A stretch of 64,000 nt of DNA from Burkholderiales bacterium (GCA_036555245.1 DATBLP010000054.1:54406-118405), one strand, 5' to 3'. Numbered from the stretch's first letter, positions 47,534-58,604 are shown. Notes: generated by a model from the sequence alone, not told the origin. Translations and numbers: made by a program.

Positions 47534-48070
47534 ATGGAGCAATTCCGAGGAACTACCATCGTTTCCGCCCGTCGCGACGGGAAAGTGGCGCTCGGGGGTG
47601 ACGGTCAGGTCACGCTCGGCAATGTCGTCGTGAAGTCAAGTGCGCGCAAGGTCCGGCGTCTCTACGACAACCGGATTCTGGCCGGCTTCGCGGGTGGAAC
47701 TGCCGATGCGTTTACGCTTTTCGAGCGCTTCGAGGCCAAGCTCGACAAGCACCAGGGAAACCTGCTTCGCTCGGCCGTGGAGCTCGCCAAGGATTGGCGC
47801 ACCGACCGGATTCTGCGGCGTCTCGAAGCGATGCTTGCCGTTGCGGACCGCGAAACCTCGCTCATCATCACGGGCATGGGTGATGTCATCGAGCCGGAAC
47901 TAGGATTGATTGCGATCGGCTCAGGGGGGCCCTATGCTCAAGCAGCTGCGCGGGCGCTCCTCGAGAACACGCAACTCGATGCGGAGAGCATCGTTCGCAA
48001 GTCGCTCTCCATTGCCGCCGATCTTTGCATCTATACGAACCAGAACCAGGTCGTAGAAGTGCTCGGCTAG
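47534..48070 (+). CDS. hslV: ATP-dependent protease subunit HslV
   Basis: '[22 protein letters not shown]' with N-terminal catalytic Thr after Met removal/processing. 178 aa. Confidence 0.95.
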   Translation: MEQFRGTTIVSARRDGKVALGGDGQVTLGNVVVKSSARKVRRLYDNRILAGFAGGTADAFTLFERFEAKLDKHQGNLLRSAVELAKDWRTDRILRRLEAMLAVADRETSLIITGMGDVIEPELGLIAIGSGGPYAQAAARALLENTQLDAESIVRKSLSIAADLCIYTNQNQVVEVLG

Positions 48071-48082
48071 GAGGCATCCGCC

Positions 48083-49441
48083 GTGTCGCAGATGACTCCG
48101 CAAGAAATCGTTCACGAGCTCGACAAGAACATCGTCGGTCAGGCGCACGCCAAGCGTGCGGTCGCCATCGCCCTCAGGAATCGCTGGCGCAGGCAGCAGG
48201 TTGCAGAGCCTCTCCGGCAGGAGATCACGCCCAAGAACATCCTGATGATCGGGCCTACAGGCGTCGGAAAGACAGAGATCGCGCGGCGCTTGGCAAAGCT
48301 TGCCGATGCGCCTTTCATCAAGGTTGAGGCGACGCGGTTCACCGAGGTCGGCTACGTAGGGCGTGATGTCGATAGCATTATTCGGGACTTGATGGAGATT
48401 GCGATAAAGGACGTACGCGAGGCGGCGACAAGGAAGGTGCGCCGGCGTGCCGAGGACGCTGCCGAAGAACGCGTGCTCAACGTGCTCCTCCCCCCCATGC
48501 GAACGGCAGGCGCCTTCGAACTGGCCGACGCGGGCGGGGATGAGAGATCCGGTGGCGACTCGGAATCGGCAAGCCGCCAGAAACTGCGCAAGAAGCTGCG
48601 CGAGCATGAATTGGACGACAGGGAAATAGAAATCGAGATATCGATACCTCAGGCGCACATGGAGATCTTCGCTCCGCCCGGAATGGAGGAGCTGACCCAG
48701 CAGATCCAAGGCATGTTCCAGAACCTCGGCGGCGGTCGGCGAAGGCTGCGAAAGATGAAGATTCAGGAGGCGATGAGAATGCTGACCGATGAGGAGGCGG
48801 CGCGTTTGGTAAACGACGAGGATCTGCGTGCGCGAGCACTTGCCAATGTCGAGCAGAACGGCATCGTTTTTCTCGACGAGATCGACAAGATCACCAGCCG
48901 CAGCGAGACAATCGGAGCGGACGTCTCGCGCCAAGGGGTCCAGCGGGACCTCCTTCCTCTTGTCGAGGGCACCACGGTTTCCACCAAGTACGGAATGGTG
49001 AAGACAGACCATATTCTGTTCATCGCGAGCGGGGCCTTCCATCTGTCAAAGCCCTCTGACCTGATCCCGGAACTGCAGGGGCGTTTTCCCATCCGCGTCG
49101 AGCTCGAGTCCCTCACAGTCGAGGATTTCCAGAGAATTCTCACCGCAACCGACGCCTGCCTCACCCGCCAATACCAGGCATTGCTTGCGACCGAGGAGGT
49201 CGAAGTGATCTTCCTCGAGGACGGAATCCGGCGCGTCGCTGAGATTGCATGGTCGGTCAACGAGAAGACCGAGAACATCGGTGCGCGGCGCCTGCACACG
49301 GTTATGGAGAAACTGCTCGAGGAAATTTCCTTTGGAGCGGGCAGGCGCGGCAAGGAGACCATCAACGTCGATGCCGCCTTTGTCGATGCGAAGCTGAAAG
49401 AGCTCTCCCAGAGCGAAGACCTGGCGCGCTACGTCTTGTGA
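48083..49441 (+). CDS. hslU: ATP-dependent protease ATPase subunit HslU
   Basis: '[17 protein letters not shown]', Walker A '[15 protein letters not shown]', '[11 protein letters not shown]'. GTG start. Confidence 0.95.
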   Translation: MSQMTPQEIVHELDKNIVGQAHAKRAVAIALRNRWRRQQVAEPLRQEITPKNILMIGPTGVGKTEIARRLAKLADAPFIKVEATRFTEVGYVGRDVDSIIRDLMEIAIKDVREAATRKVRRRAEDAAEERVLNVLLPPMRTAGAFELADAGGDERSGGDSESASRQKLRKKLREHELDDREIEIEISIPQAHMEIFAPPGMEELTQQIQGMFQNLGGGRRRLRKMKIQEAMRMLTDEEAARLVNDEDLRARALANVEQNGIVFLDEIDKITSRSETIGADVSRQGVQRDLLPLVEGTTVSTKYGMVKTDHILFIASGAFHLSKPSDLIPELQGRFPIRVELESLTVEDFQRILTATDACLTRQYQALLATEEVEVIFLEDGIRRVAEIAWSVNEKTENIGARRLHTVMEKLLEEISFGAGRRGKETINVDAAFVDAKLKELSQSEDLARYVL

Positions 49442-49461
49442 TTGCCGCGGGCCGAGGAACG

Positions 49462-49902
49462 ATGAAGATTACCGTCTTGGGCATGGTGCTGCTAGCAGTC
49501 TCCACCGCCGCCTGCGGTCAGGTGGAAGCGCGGGCGGCGTGGGCACCGGCTACGGTGCGCGGGCAGGCTGCTGCGGCCGCCTACATGCAGTTATCCAGCA
49601 ACCAAGGCGCGAGCCTTATCGGCGCCGAGAGCCCGGTTGCCGGAAGCGTCGAGCTGCACGAGATGAAGATGGATGGCAACGTGATGCGTATGCGCGCTGT
49701 CGCTAGCCTTGAGATTCCTCCGCGTCAGACCGTGGAGCTCAGGCCCGGGGGCTATCACATGATGCTCCTCGGTCTGAAGCGACCGCTTAAGAAAGGAGAC
49801 TTGGTGTCCATTGAGCTCAAGTTCAAGCTGAGCGACAAGTCGGTCAGGACCGTCCCGGTCACCGCCGTGGTTCGGGACCGGGCTTCAATGGTAGATCACT
49901 AA
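49462..49902 (+). CDS. Periplasmic copper chaperone PCu(A)C (DUF461)
   Basis: Signal/lipobox 'STAAC'. 'HEMKMDGNVMRM' is the H(M)x10Mx21HxM-type Cu(I) motif. 'GGYHMML' is also present. Confidence 0.85.
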   Translation: MKITVLGMVLLAVSTAACGQVEARAAWAPATVRGQAAAAAYMQLSSNQGASLIGAESPVAGSVELHEMKMDGNVMRMRAVASLEIPPRQTVELRPGGYHMMLLGLKRPLKKGDLVSIELKFKLSDKSVRTVPVTAVVRDRASMVDH

Positions 49903-50099
49903 GGAAGGCGTACGGATTCGCTATCCGGCTTCGCGTCGAGCAGATCCTTAAGGCAACGCGGGCAATAGCAGGCTTTCCCGGGTTGGGGTGCGGGCAGCGC
50001 GGGGAAAGCCGCGCACCAGCAGCGTTCCTTGCCGGCCTGGCTTCCGCATTCGAATACCGTCCCGCAGCGGGCACAGCTAGAGGTCGGCGGCGCGCTCAT
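49899..50099 (-). CDS. Cysteine-rich CWC-family small protein
   Basis: 66 aa: 'CARCGTVFECG...CWCAAFP...CYCPRC'. Start at the internal ATG 50099. It is the last gene of the ECF sigma operon. Confidence 0.65.
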   Translation of the reverse strand: MSAPPTSSCARCGTVFECGSQAGKERCWCAAFPALPAPQPGKACYCPRCLKDLLDAKPDSESVRLP

Positions 50100-50115
50100 T
50101 GCAAGGGAATCTCTT

Positions 50116-50322
50116 TCACCGGCTCTCTGGTTCATCCGGATCCGGCAAGGCATTGAGTGCGCGGCGAAGAAACAGGAGCTGCCTCGTGAAGCGGGAGCAG
50201 GCGTCACAGACGCTCACGTGCAGCCGCAGCGCGACTCTCTCGGTGAAGGAGAGGCGGCGATCCATGCCTTCCGAGATCAATCGGCTCGCTTCCTTGCAGG
50301 AAAGACGGATCGTTATCCTCAT
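50116..50322 (-). CDS. Small soluble anti-sigma factor, zf-HC2 (ZAS) type
   Basis: 68 aa. 'LHVSVCDAC' is the H-x3-C-x2-C motif, and an upstream 'C' lies in 'LSCKEA'. No TM segment. The ATG lies 11 nt after the sigma-factor stop. Confidence 0.7.
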   Translation of the reverse strand: MRITIRLSCKEASRLISEGMDRRLSFTERVALRLHVSVCDACSRFTRQLLFLRRALNALPDPDEPESR

Positions 50323-50333
50323 TGCTTCCTCAT

Positions 50334-50918
50334 CTAGGGGCGAGCCTTCCCGGAGAACCAAGTGCGTTCCAGGCAGGCGCGCAGGCTCAGCCGGGCGCGA
50401 TACAGCAGCACCCAGCAGTTGGACGCAGAAATCCCGAGTTCCTTACAGATTTCATCCGTACCAAGGCCCATCATCTCGCGCAAGGTAAAGGCGCTGGCGG
50501 CGTTCTTCGGCAGACCCTGCAGGCAGCGCTCAAGAGCTTCGAAGAAGCGGCGCTCCTCAAGCGCCTTCTCGGGGCTCTCCCACTCCCCGGGCGGTTCCAC
50601 GAAATGGCCGTCGCTCCCGAAGAAGACCTCAAGGTCCTCGACGCTCGCGTCGCTTGCGGGCTCAGACGGACGCTCGCGCGACGACTTCCGCAGGTTGTCG
50701 ATGATCTTGTGTTTGAGAATTCCGACAAGCCAGGTCCGCACCGACGACTGGCCCGTGAATCGCTCTGCGCCCTGGATCGCGGCGAGCAGCGCTTCCTGCA
50801 CGGCGTCCTCGGCCGCGCTCCGATCGCGCAGCCGGGACAGTGCAAAGCGCATTAAATAAGGGCGCTGCCGCTCAAGTTCAAGCGTGCTTGGGACGGAGAC
50901 TTCTGCAGGCACGGGCAA
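50334..50918 (-). CDS. ECF (group IV) sigma-70 family RNA polymerase sigma factor
   Basis: Region 2 'EDAVQEALLAAI...VRTWLVGILKHKIIDNLR'. Region 4 'EICKELGISASNCWVLLYRARLSLRACL'. Confidence 0.88.
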   Translation of the reverse strand: MPVPAEVSVPSTLELERQRPYLMRFALSRLRDRSAAEDAVQEALLAAIQGAERFTGQSSVRTWLVGILKHKIIDNLRKSSRERPSEPASDASVEDLEVFFGSDGHFVEPPGEWESPEKALEERRFFEALERCLQGLPKNAASAFTLREMMGLGTDEICKELGISASNCWVLLYRARLSLRACLERTWFSGKARP

Positions 50919-50973
50919 GCGGGAACAAGGAAACGGCTGAATCTATCCGGTCAGCGCCGGCACCGCAAGGGCT

Positions 50974-51001
50974 CTTGAAATCAGCAAGTCGCCCCCTATC
51001 T
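50974..51001 (+). promoter_or_regulatory. Sigma-32 (heat-shock) type promoter for the hsp20 gene
   Basis: CTTGAAA-(about 13 nt)-CCCCCTATCT resembles the consensus CTTGAA-N13-17-CCCCATNT. It lies about 50 nt upstream of the Hsp20 ATG. Confidence 0.55.
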
Positions 51002-51051
51002 CTTGGCTACGCGGGCGACTTGCCCGGAACTGAATCCATAAGGAGTGAGCT

Positions 51052-51477
51052 ATGGCAAACATTACCCGGTATGATCCCTTTTCGGATGTGTTCGATGACC
51101 TTCTGAAGGGTTTTTTCGTCCGGCCTATCGGCTTCGAGATCGAAGAACCGTTGCGCCAGGTGAAGATTGATGTTGCGGAACAGAACGGCGAATACAAAGT
51201 GCTCGCCGAACTTCCGGGAGTGAAGAAGGACGATATCAAGGTCGCAGTCGATGGCGACCAGATCTCGATCACAGCGGAAACGCGGGTGGAGCGCGACGTG
51301 AAAAACGGCGAGCGCGTGTTGCACAGCGAACGCCGCTACGGGAAGGTTTCCCGCGCTTTCCGCCTGAGCCAGGAGATCGATGAGGCGCGCGCCAGCGCTA
51401 AGTACGCCGACGGCGTGCTCGAGCTGACGCTGCCGAAGAAGGCCGCGGCTGCGGTGAAGCAGCTGACCATCCAGTAA
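51052..51477 (+). CDS. Hsp20/alpha-crystallin small heat-shock protein
   Basis: 141 aa. 'ELPGVKKDDIKVAVDGDQISI..AE' and 'A.YADGVLELTLPK' form the alpha-crystallin domain. Confidence 0.92.
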   Translation: MANITRYDPFSDVFDDLLKGFFVRPIGFEIEEPLRQVKIDVAEQNGEYKVLAELPGVKKDDIKVAVDGDQISITAETRVERDVKNGERVLHSERRYGKVSRAFRLSQEIDEARASAKYADGVLELTLPKKAAAAVKQLTIQ

Positions 51478-52473
<996 letters not shown>

Positions 52474-52553
52474 CGACGGGTGCTTGAAGCGCGGTCACCC
52501 ATAGAACGCGCGGTCAGCCGCAGCTCCCTGGTGTGCAAGGGCGAAGGGTATGT

Positions 52554-53012
52554 TTAGGCGACCCGCGTACCACCCTCATCCCACAGCCCGGCGAGGTATC
52601 CCTCCTCGTCGTCGTAGATGGTCAACAGGCGCTGGCGGGGAGCGTCGCTGAATGACAGGTGCACCCATTGTCCGTACTCCAGGATGCACTGGTCAAAGCC
52701 GATTCCGGATTGCTGGATGGCACGGGCAAGGGCGAGCGGAGATCCGAAACCCGGACAAACGATATCGGCAGCCAGACCCAGCATATGCTGAGACGCGCTA
52801 GAGCCGCCCACGGCTTCGTTCAGCGCCGCACAGCGGTAACCGCTCGATATTTCCAGGGGCGCACCGAGCAAGGCCTGCAGGGCCTCCAAGCCTTGCGCAA
52901 GCTGTTTCAGGTTCTCGACTATCTCCGGGGACGGCGTGTTGTCGATACCGCTTTCTTGCGCGGTCTCGGAATAAGTGAGCTGCTCAAGGGAAAAGTTTGG
53001 CGATAGCTGCAT
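52554..53012 (-). CDS. Peptidase M15A-family zinc D-Ala-D-Ala carboxypeptidase/endolysin-like protein
   Basis: 'SGYRCAALNEAVGGSSASQHMLGLAADI' matches the M15 (H-x6-D ... H) core. Start at the ATG 53012 (MQLSPNFSLEQL). Confidence 0.8.
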   Translation of the reverse strand: MQLSPNFSLEQLTYSETAQESGIDNTPSPEIVENLKQLAQGLEALQALLGAPLEISSGYRCAALNEAVGGSSASQHMLGLAADIVCPGFGSPLALARAIQQSGIGFDQCILEYGQWVHLSFSDAPRQRLLTIYDDEEGYLAGLWDEGGTRVA

Positions 53013-53148
53013 GACCGGGATTCTAGTGGCCAAGGAAACACAGTGGCAATCGGCCCATTCTGGCGGCGATCGCTTGCACGCGGCTGGTAGCAAGCGCTTA
53101 CGTAGAGTCATACAATAGCCGTCCCGCCGATCGTCTGCGAGGAACGCC

Positions 53149-53733
53149 ATGCCAGCTGCCAAACGCGGCGCGCGACGCCTGCAAATCCTGCAGGTGCTGG
53201 CGCGGATGCTCGAGGACCCTAAGGGAGAGAAAGTCACTACTGCGGCCCTGGCAAAGCAGCTGGAGGTCTCGGAGGCTGCTCTTTACCGGCACTTCGCGAG
53301 CAAAGCCCAGATGTTCGAAGGTTTGATCGAGTTCATCGAGCAGACCGTATTCGGGCTCATCAACAAGATCACGGCCGAAGAGGAAAGTGGTCTCAAGCAG
53401 CTCCATGCGATCCTCGGCTCGCTGCTTGGTTTTGCCGAGAAAAATCCGGGCATGACGCGCGTGCTCGTCGGGGACGCGCTCGTGAACGAGGATGATCGAC
53501 TGCAGGCCAGGATCAATCAGCTGCATGACCGGCTGGAGGCCACGTTCAAGCAGTGTCTGCGCGTGGCCGCGACGCAGGACCAATCGGCGGGGTCGCGGGC
53601 TGCCGCCGATCCCGGCCCGCAGGCCAATCTGCTCCTCTGTTATATCGTCGGGCGATGGCAGCAGTTCGCCAAGAGCGGTTTCACGCGCCTTCCTTCGGAG
53701 CTGTGGGACAAGCAGTGGCCTCTGCTTGTTTGA
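53149..53733 (+). CDS. slmA: Nucleoid occlusion factor SlmA (TetR family)
   Basis: 'RRLQILQVLARMLEDPKGEKVTTAALAKQLEVSEAALYRHFASKAQMFEGLIEFIE' closely follows the SlmA N-terminus. Confidence 0.85.
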   Translation: MPAAKRGARRLQILQVLARMLEDPKGEKVTTAALAKQLEVSEAALYRHFASKAQMFEGLIEFIEQTVFGLINKITAEEESGLKQLHAILGSLLGFAEKNPGMTRVLVGDALVNEDDRLQARINQLHDRLEATFKQCLRVAATQDQSAGSRAAADPGPQANLLLCYIVGRWQQFAKSGFTRLPSELWDKQWPLLV

Positions 53734-53758
53734 TCGTGACAGGTGCGACGACGCGAAA

Positions 53759-54514
53759 CTAGGCGATCACCCGGGCGCACACCGTGCAGGCGGGGTCCCT
53801 CGCGAGCCTTACGGTTCGCCACTGCATGGCGAGCGCGTCAAGCATCAACAACCGCCCCTTGAGCGTCTCCCCAACGCCTGCAAGCAGCTTCAGCGCCTCG
53901 GCCGCCTGAATCGTGCCGATTATGCCGGTAAGCGGTGCGAACACTCCCATTACCGCGCAGCGCACATCCTCGAGCTCCGCGTCTTCCGGGAACAGGCAGT
54001 GATAGCAGGGACTGTTTTCGTCCCTCATGTCGAATACGCTCACTTGACCATCGAAGCGCACTGCGGCCCCCGAAATCAGCGGCTTGCGATGCCGGACACA
54101 CACGCGGTTCACTGCATGGCGTGTGGCGAAATTGTCGGAGCAGTCGAGGACGACGGTCGAATCTGCGACCAGCGGATCGAGTTCACCTTCGCCGAGGCGG
54201 CGCTGCAGCGGCGCGACCTTTACTTCCGGATTGATCTTCGCGAGCGAGTCGCGCCCGGAAACCGCCTTGGATCTTCCCACCGATTCGGTGCTGTGCAGAA
54301 TCTGTCGCTGCAGGTTGGTCAAATCCACGGTATCGCCGTCGGCGAGGGTAATCGTCCCGACGCCGGCAGCAGCTAGATAGATCGCGGCCGGGGAACCGAG
54401 TCCGCCCGCGCCGATCACGAGGGCCGAAGCTGCCCGCAGCTTCTCCTGGCCTTCGACGCCGATCTCGGGCAGAAGGATATGTCGTGAATACCGGAGAAGC
54501 TGCTCGTCGTTCAT
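53759..54514 (-). CDS. moeB: Molybdopterin-synthase adenylyltransferase (MoeB/ThiF family)
   Basis: 'RYSRHILLPEIG..GQ.KL', 'GAGGLGSPAAIYLA', 'NLQRQILH', and CxxC pairs 'CYHC' and 'CTVC'. Confidence 0.88.
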   Translation of the reverse strand: MNDEQLLRYSRHILLPEIGVEGQEKLRAASALVIGAGGLGSPAAIYLAAAGVGTITLADGDTVDLTNLQRQILHSTESVGRSKAVSGRDSLAKINPEVKVAPLQRRLGEGELDPLVADSTVVLDCSDNFATRHAVNRVCVRHRKPLISGAAVRFDGQVSVFDMRDENSPCYHCLFPEDAELEDVRCAVMGVFAPLTGIIGTIQAAEALKLLAGVGETLKGRLLMLDALAMQWRTVRLARDPACTVCARVIA

Positions 54515-54530
54515 AGGTGAATTTCACGCA

Positions 54531-54571
54531 CTGCGGAATGAGCTGCGCCACGCGTCAGCTCCATTCCGCAG
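54531..54571 (-). terminator. Long imperfect hairpin between ctpA and moeB (terminator/attenuator candidate)
   Basis: CTGCGGAATGAGCTG ... CAGCTCCATTCCGCAG forms a 15-bp stem with one bulge. A second GC palindrome, CGCGGCGCGCGCCGCG, lies at 54578-54593. Confidence 0.4.
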
Positions 54572-54605
54572 AGATAACGCGGCGCGCGCCGCGCGTCCAC
54601 CTTTA

Positions 54606-56009
54606 TCAGTTCTTGGACGATGAAGCTGGCGCGCTCTGCGCGGTGGCGAGCGGAAGACCCTTCAGGTACTTGAGCGCCTGCTGGAACTGAAAATCCTTGT
54701 CCGAGGCGAATTCGAGCGGCGCCGGCGGCTTGTCATCCCCATTGCCACCCGCCGCGGGCTTTGGGGCGGGTCGCTGTGTTGCGCCGGAGCGGGAATCCTG
54801 CTCGTTGGCCAGGTGCTTCTCCAAGTCTGCCTCCCGCAGTCTCCCGGCCGTGGACGTCGTGGGATCTTCGATGACGATATCCGGGACAATGCCCTTTGCC
54901 TGGATCGAGCGCCCGCTGGGCGTGTAGTAGCGAGCGGTGGTCAGTTTGATCGCCGTGTTGTTGCCAAGAGGAAGGATCGTCTGCACCGAGCCCTTGCCGA
55001 AAGTCGTGGTGCCGAGGATTTTCGCGCGCTTGTGGTCCTGCAATGCGCCCGCCACGATCTCGGACGCGGATGCCGACCCGGCATTGACCAGGACAACCAT
55101 CGGCACAGTCTTGATTGCGGGCGGAAGGTTCTTCAGATAGTCCTCGCGGTTGCCGCGAAGATAGTCTTCGGGCGCCGCGATGAACTTGCGCTTGGCGTCT
55201 TCGGTACGGCCGTCCGTCGATACGACCAATGCACGATGCGGCAGGAACGCCGCGGAAATTCCGACTGCGCCGTTCAGCAATCCACCCGGGTCGTTGCGCA
55301 GATCCAGAATCAGGCCCTTCAGCGGCCCGTTCTTGTATAGCGCCTCAATGTGCTTGACCAGATTTTCGCCCGTGTGCTCCTGGAACTGGGAGACGCGGAT
55401 CCAGCCGTAGCCGGGCTCAATAAGCTTCGATTTGACGCTTTGTACGCGGATAACGTCGCGCGTGAGAGTCACCTCAAAAGGCCTCGCTTCGCCCTTGCGC
55501 ATGATCGTAAGGCGGATCGTTGTTCGCGGCTTTCCTCGCATGCGCTTGACGGCGTCGTTCAGGCTCATTCCCTTCACCGAGGTGTCGTCTATCTTGATGA
55601 TGAAGTCCCCGGGTTTGAGACCTGCCCGGAACGCCGGGGTGTCCTCGATCGGAGATATGACCTTGACGAATCCTTCTTCCATGCCCACCTCGATTCCCAG
55701 GCCCCCGAATTCGCCCTGGGTCCCGACTTGCAGCTCCTTGAACGCGTCCTGGTCGAGATAGGCCGAATGGGGATCGAGCCCCGTGAGCATGCCGCTGATC
55801 GCCTCGGTGATGAGCTTCTTGTCCTCGACCGTCTCGACATAGCTCGACTTGATCGCGCCGAACACTTCGGCAAATGCGCGCAATTCGTCGACCGGCAGAG
55901 GGAAGCGCGCGGCCTCGCGCTGGGCAACGGCAGAAAAATTGAGGCTCAGCAGCACACCTGCGAGCACGCCGACCAGTACCAGGCTGGCCTGTTTGAGTCT
56001 AGTCATCAT
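54606..56009 (-). CDS. ctpA: Carboxy-terminal processing protease (S41 family, PDZ-containing)
   Basis: N-terminal anchor and PDZ ('GLKPGDFIIKID'). S41 catalytic region 'VLVNAGSASASEIVAGALQD' with K in 'TFGKGSVQ'. Confidence 0.92.
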   Translation of the reverse strand: MMTRLKQASLVLVGVLAGVLLSLNFSAVAQREAARFPLPVDELRAFAEVFGAIKSSYVETVEDKKLITEAISGMLTGLDPHSAYLDQDAFKELQVGTQGEFGGLGIEVGMEEGFVKVISPIEDTPAFRAGLKPGDFIIKIDDTSVKGMSLNDAVKRMRGKPRTTIRLTIMRKGEARPFEVTLTRDVIRVQSVKSKLIEPGYGWIRVSQFQEHTGENLVKHIEALYKNGPLKGLILDLRNDPGGLLNGAVGISAAFLPHRALVVSTDGRTEDAKRKFIAAPEDYLRGNREDYLKNLPPAIKTVPMVVLVNAGSASASEIVAGALQDHKRAKILGTTTFGKGSVQTILPLGNNTAIKLTTARYYTPSGRSIQAKGIVPDIVIEDPTTSTAGRLREADLEKHLANEQDSRSGATQRPAPKPAAGGNGDDKPPAPLEFASDKDFQFQQALKYLKGLPLATAQSAPASSSKN

Positions 56010-56058
56010 GGGCTTGATTCCGCGTTTCTCCTGCTGCCGTTCCGCGCGTGAGCGCTCG

Positions 56059-57252
56059 CTATTTCAGCGAAACCCAACGCAGCGGATCAAACGGTTTTCC
56101 TTTGTGACGAATCTCGAAGTATAAACCCGATTCCACGTTGCCGCCGCTCGCGCCCACGGTTGCGACTGCATCTCCCCCCCGCACGGCGTCCCCCACCTGC
56201 TTCAGAACGGATTCATTGTTCCCGTAGATGGTGAGATACCCCTGCCCGTGGTCGATGATCAGAAGGTTGCCGAAGCCGCGCAGCCAGTCAGCGAAAACTA
56301 CGTGCCCGGAAGCCACTGCTCGGACTTCCTGGCCGGCCGCCGAACGAATGAACAGGCCCTTCCACGTGGGGCCTCCGCTTGAACGTTGGGCCCCGAATCG
56401 ATTTGCAAGTTCCCCCCGGATCGGCAAGCGCAGCCTTCCTTTCATCCCCGCAAAAAGGCCTTCCGCACTGCCTGCCTCCGGCACTTTGTCGTTCCGGGGC
56501 AGCTTGGTTGCGGCGATGACCCTGCTGAGCTCCTCAACCAGCCGCGCCAAGCGGGACTCGTCGCGCTCGAGATCCTTGACCTGCCGTCGCTGATCGCGCA
56601 ACTGAGCGGATATGCGGGCAACCACCTTGCGACGCTCGGCCTGCTGCTGAAGAAGGACGCTGCGCTCCCTGCGCTGTGCCGATTCGACCCCGGCAAGCTC
56701 GCGGCTGGTCTCGCGGGCCAGGGATTCGAGCTCACGCTGATGAATGAGTTTGGTTCGCACCTCCTGGATGAACTGCGCTTGTGCGCGCGAAACGTAGCTG
56801 TAGTAGTGCAGCTCCCGCGCTACGCTGTTGGGATTCCCGCCCGACAGCAGCAGCCTGAGATAGCCGCGTTCGCCGTTCACATAGAGGAGGCTTAACCAGC
56901 GCCCGAGGATCTGCTGGCGCGATGCGATTTCCGTCTCGAGGGCCCGGCTCTCCTGGACGAGCGCCTTGAGCCGGGCACTGGCTGCATTGCGCGTTCCGCC
57001 CAGCGCACGCAGCGCCCGGTTGGCATTGGAGATCGCGCGTTCGGATTCGCGCAATTGGTCACGCGCTTCAGTGCGCCCTTCCTCGGTTGCGGAGATTTCC
57101 TGGCGCAGCTGTTCGATCCGCGCTCGCAGGGCGTCGAGCTGCTGGGCTTCCTTTGGGCTTTGTGCAAGCCCGACAGCGGGCGCGATGAGGAGGAACAACG
57201 CCAAGCCGCGGCTCGCGCCGTGGCCGACCCCCACATCGCGCCGGAGGGTCAT
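56059..57252 (-). CDS. envC: Murein hydrolase activator EnvC-like (coiled coil + degenerate M23/LytM domain)
   Basis: Long N-terminal coiled coil and C-terminal 'GHVVFADWLRGFGNLLIIDHGQGYLTIYGN'. It sits in the canonical position next to ctpA and gpmA. Confidence 0.85.
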   Translation of the reverse strand: MTLRRDVGVGHGASRGLALFLLIAPAVGLAQSPKEAQQLDALRARIEQLRQEISATEEGRTEARDQLRESERAISNANRALRALGGTRNAASARLKALVQESRALETEIASRQQILGRWLSLLYVNGERGYLRLLLSGGNPNSVARELHYYSYVSRAQAQFIQEVRTKLIHQRELESLARETSRELAGVESAQRRERSVLLQQQAERRKVVARISAQLRDQRRQVKDLERDESRLARLVEELSRVIAATKLPRNDKVPEAGSAEGLFAGMKGRLRLPIRGELANRFGAQRSSGGPTWKGLFIRSAAGQEVRAVASGHVVFADWLRGFGNLLIIDHGQGYLTIYGNNESVLKQVGDAVRGGDAVATVGASGGNVESGLYFEIRHKGKPFDPLRWVSLK

Positions 57253-57285
57253 TTTGGTTTCAGGGCTCCCGACATCCGCCCCCGG

Positions 57286-58035
57286 TCACCCTTTCGACCC
57301 GGCCTGATTGGCGACCGCCCGCGCTTTGGCTTCGGCCTCGGCGGGATCGCCCAGGTAGTAGTGGCGAACGGCCTGCAGTTCGGCATCTAACTCGTAGACG
57401 AGCGGAATTCCAGTGGGAATGTTCAAGTCCAGGATCTCGCGATCGCTCATGCGGTCCAGATACTTGACGAGCGCGCGCAGACTGTTGCCGTGCGCGACGA
57501 TCAACACCCGCGCGCCACGCCGTACCGCAGGCGCAATGCTGCCGTTCCAATAGGGAAGAAAGCGCGCGACGGTATCCTTGAGGCATTCGGTAAGCGGGAG
57601 CTCGGCATCGCTGAGCTCTGCGTAGCGCGGGTCGCCGCGCGAGTAGCGTCGATCATCGCGCGTGAGTGCAGGCGGCGGAACGTCGTAACTGCGACGCCAC
57701 AGGAGCACCTGGTTCTCGCCATATTTCGCGGCGGTTTCGGCCTTATTCAAGCCCTGCAGGGCTCCGTAATGGCGCTCGTTGAGTTGCCAGGAGTGACGCA
57801 CCGGGATCCACATGAGATCCATCGTTTCGAGAGTGAGCCACAAGGTCTTGATGGCACGCTTCAGCACCGAAGTGTGAGCTTCGTCGAAAATGAAGCCGGC
57901 GCCTTTCAGGTCCTCCCCGGCGCGCCTGGCTTCGTCGATGCCGCGTTGCGTCAGGTCCACGTCGGTCCAGCCGGTGAATCGGTTCTCCAGGTTCCAGATC
58001 GATTCACCGTGACGCAGTAGCACGATTTTTTGCAT
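57286..58035 (-). CDS. gpmA: 2,3-bisphosphoglycerate-dependent phosphoglycerate mutase
   Basis: '[18 protein letters not shown]' (catalytic His), 'ERHYGALQG', '[10 protein letters not shown]'. Confidence 0.95.
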   Translation of the reverse strand: MQKIVLLRHGESIWNLENRFTGWTDVDLTQRGIDEARRAGEDLKGAGFIFDEAHTSVLKRAIKTLWLTLETMDLMWIPVRHSWQLNERHYGALQGLNKAETAAKYGENQVLLWRRSYDVPPPALTRDDRRYSRGDPRYAELSDAELPLTECLKDTVARFLPYWNGSIAPAVRRGARVLIVAHGNSLRALVKYLDRMSDREILDLNIPTGIPLVYELDAELQAVRHYYLGDPAEAEAKARAVANQAGSKG

Positions 58036-58178
58036 GGATATAGTGACCCGACAGGGTCCTGCATTATGCGCGTTTCGCGCCGTAGGAAAGCATTTTATAA
58101 TGAACAGTTTTGGCCCCGGAGTTCTCGCCCACCCGTGACAAAGTGCGAGATGCTGTGCGGCATATGGGACATCGAGAA

Positions 58179-58604
58179 ATGGCGGAAGTCAACCTAGTGA
58201 AATTCGTCGGCGACAATATTTTTCTCGTCGCGGTAGCCGTCGTGAGCGGCGGGATGCTGCTGTGGCCGGTCGTGCGCCGAGGCGCCGCCGGGTCCTCGAT
58301 ATCGACCCTGCAGGCGACTCAGCTCATGAACCAGCAGAACGCGCTGGTGCTCGATGTGCGCGATGCAGCCGAATATCAGAAGGGGCATATGCTGAGCGCG
58401 CGCAATATTCCTCTCGCCGAAGTGGGCGCGCGCTCTGGGGAACTGGAGAAGCACAAGGCGAAGCCGCTCGTGATCGTGTGCGAGAGCGGCAACCGCTCGG
58501 CGAAGGCTGTTACAGCCCTGCGCAAGCTGGGATTTGAGAAGGTGTTCGCGCTGGGCGGGGGGATCGCGGCTTGGCGGCAGGCTGGCCTGCCGCTGGAGAA
58601 GTGA
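58179..58604 (+). CDS. Membrane-anchored rhodanese-domain protein (YibN-like)
   Basis: N-terminal TM '[16 protein letters not shown]'. Rhodanese domain with active-site 'VCESGNRS'. The start is ambiguous (58164, 58179 or 58197). Confidence 0.8.
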   Translation: MAEVNLVKFVGDNIFLVAVAVVSGGMLLWPVVRRGAAGSSISTLQATQLMNQQNALVLDVRDAAEYQKGHMLSARNIPLAEVGARSGELEKHKAKPLVIVCESGNRSAKAVTALRKLGFEKVFALGGGIAAWRQAGLPLEK

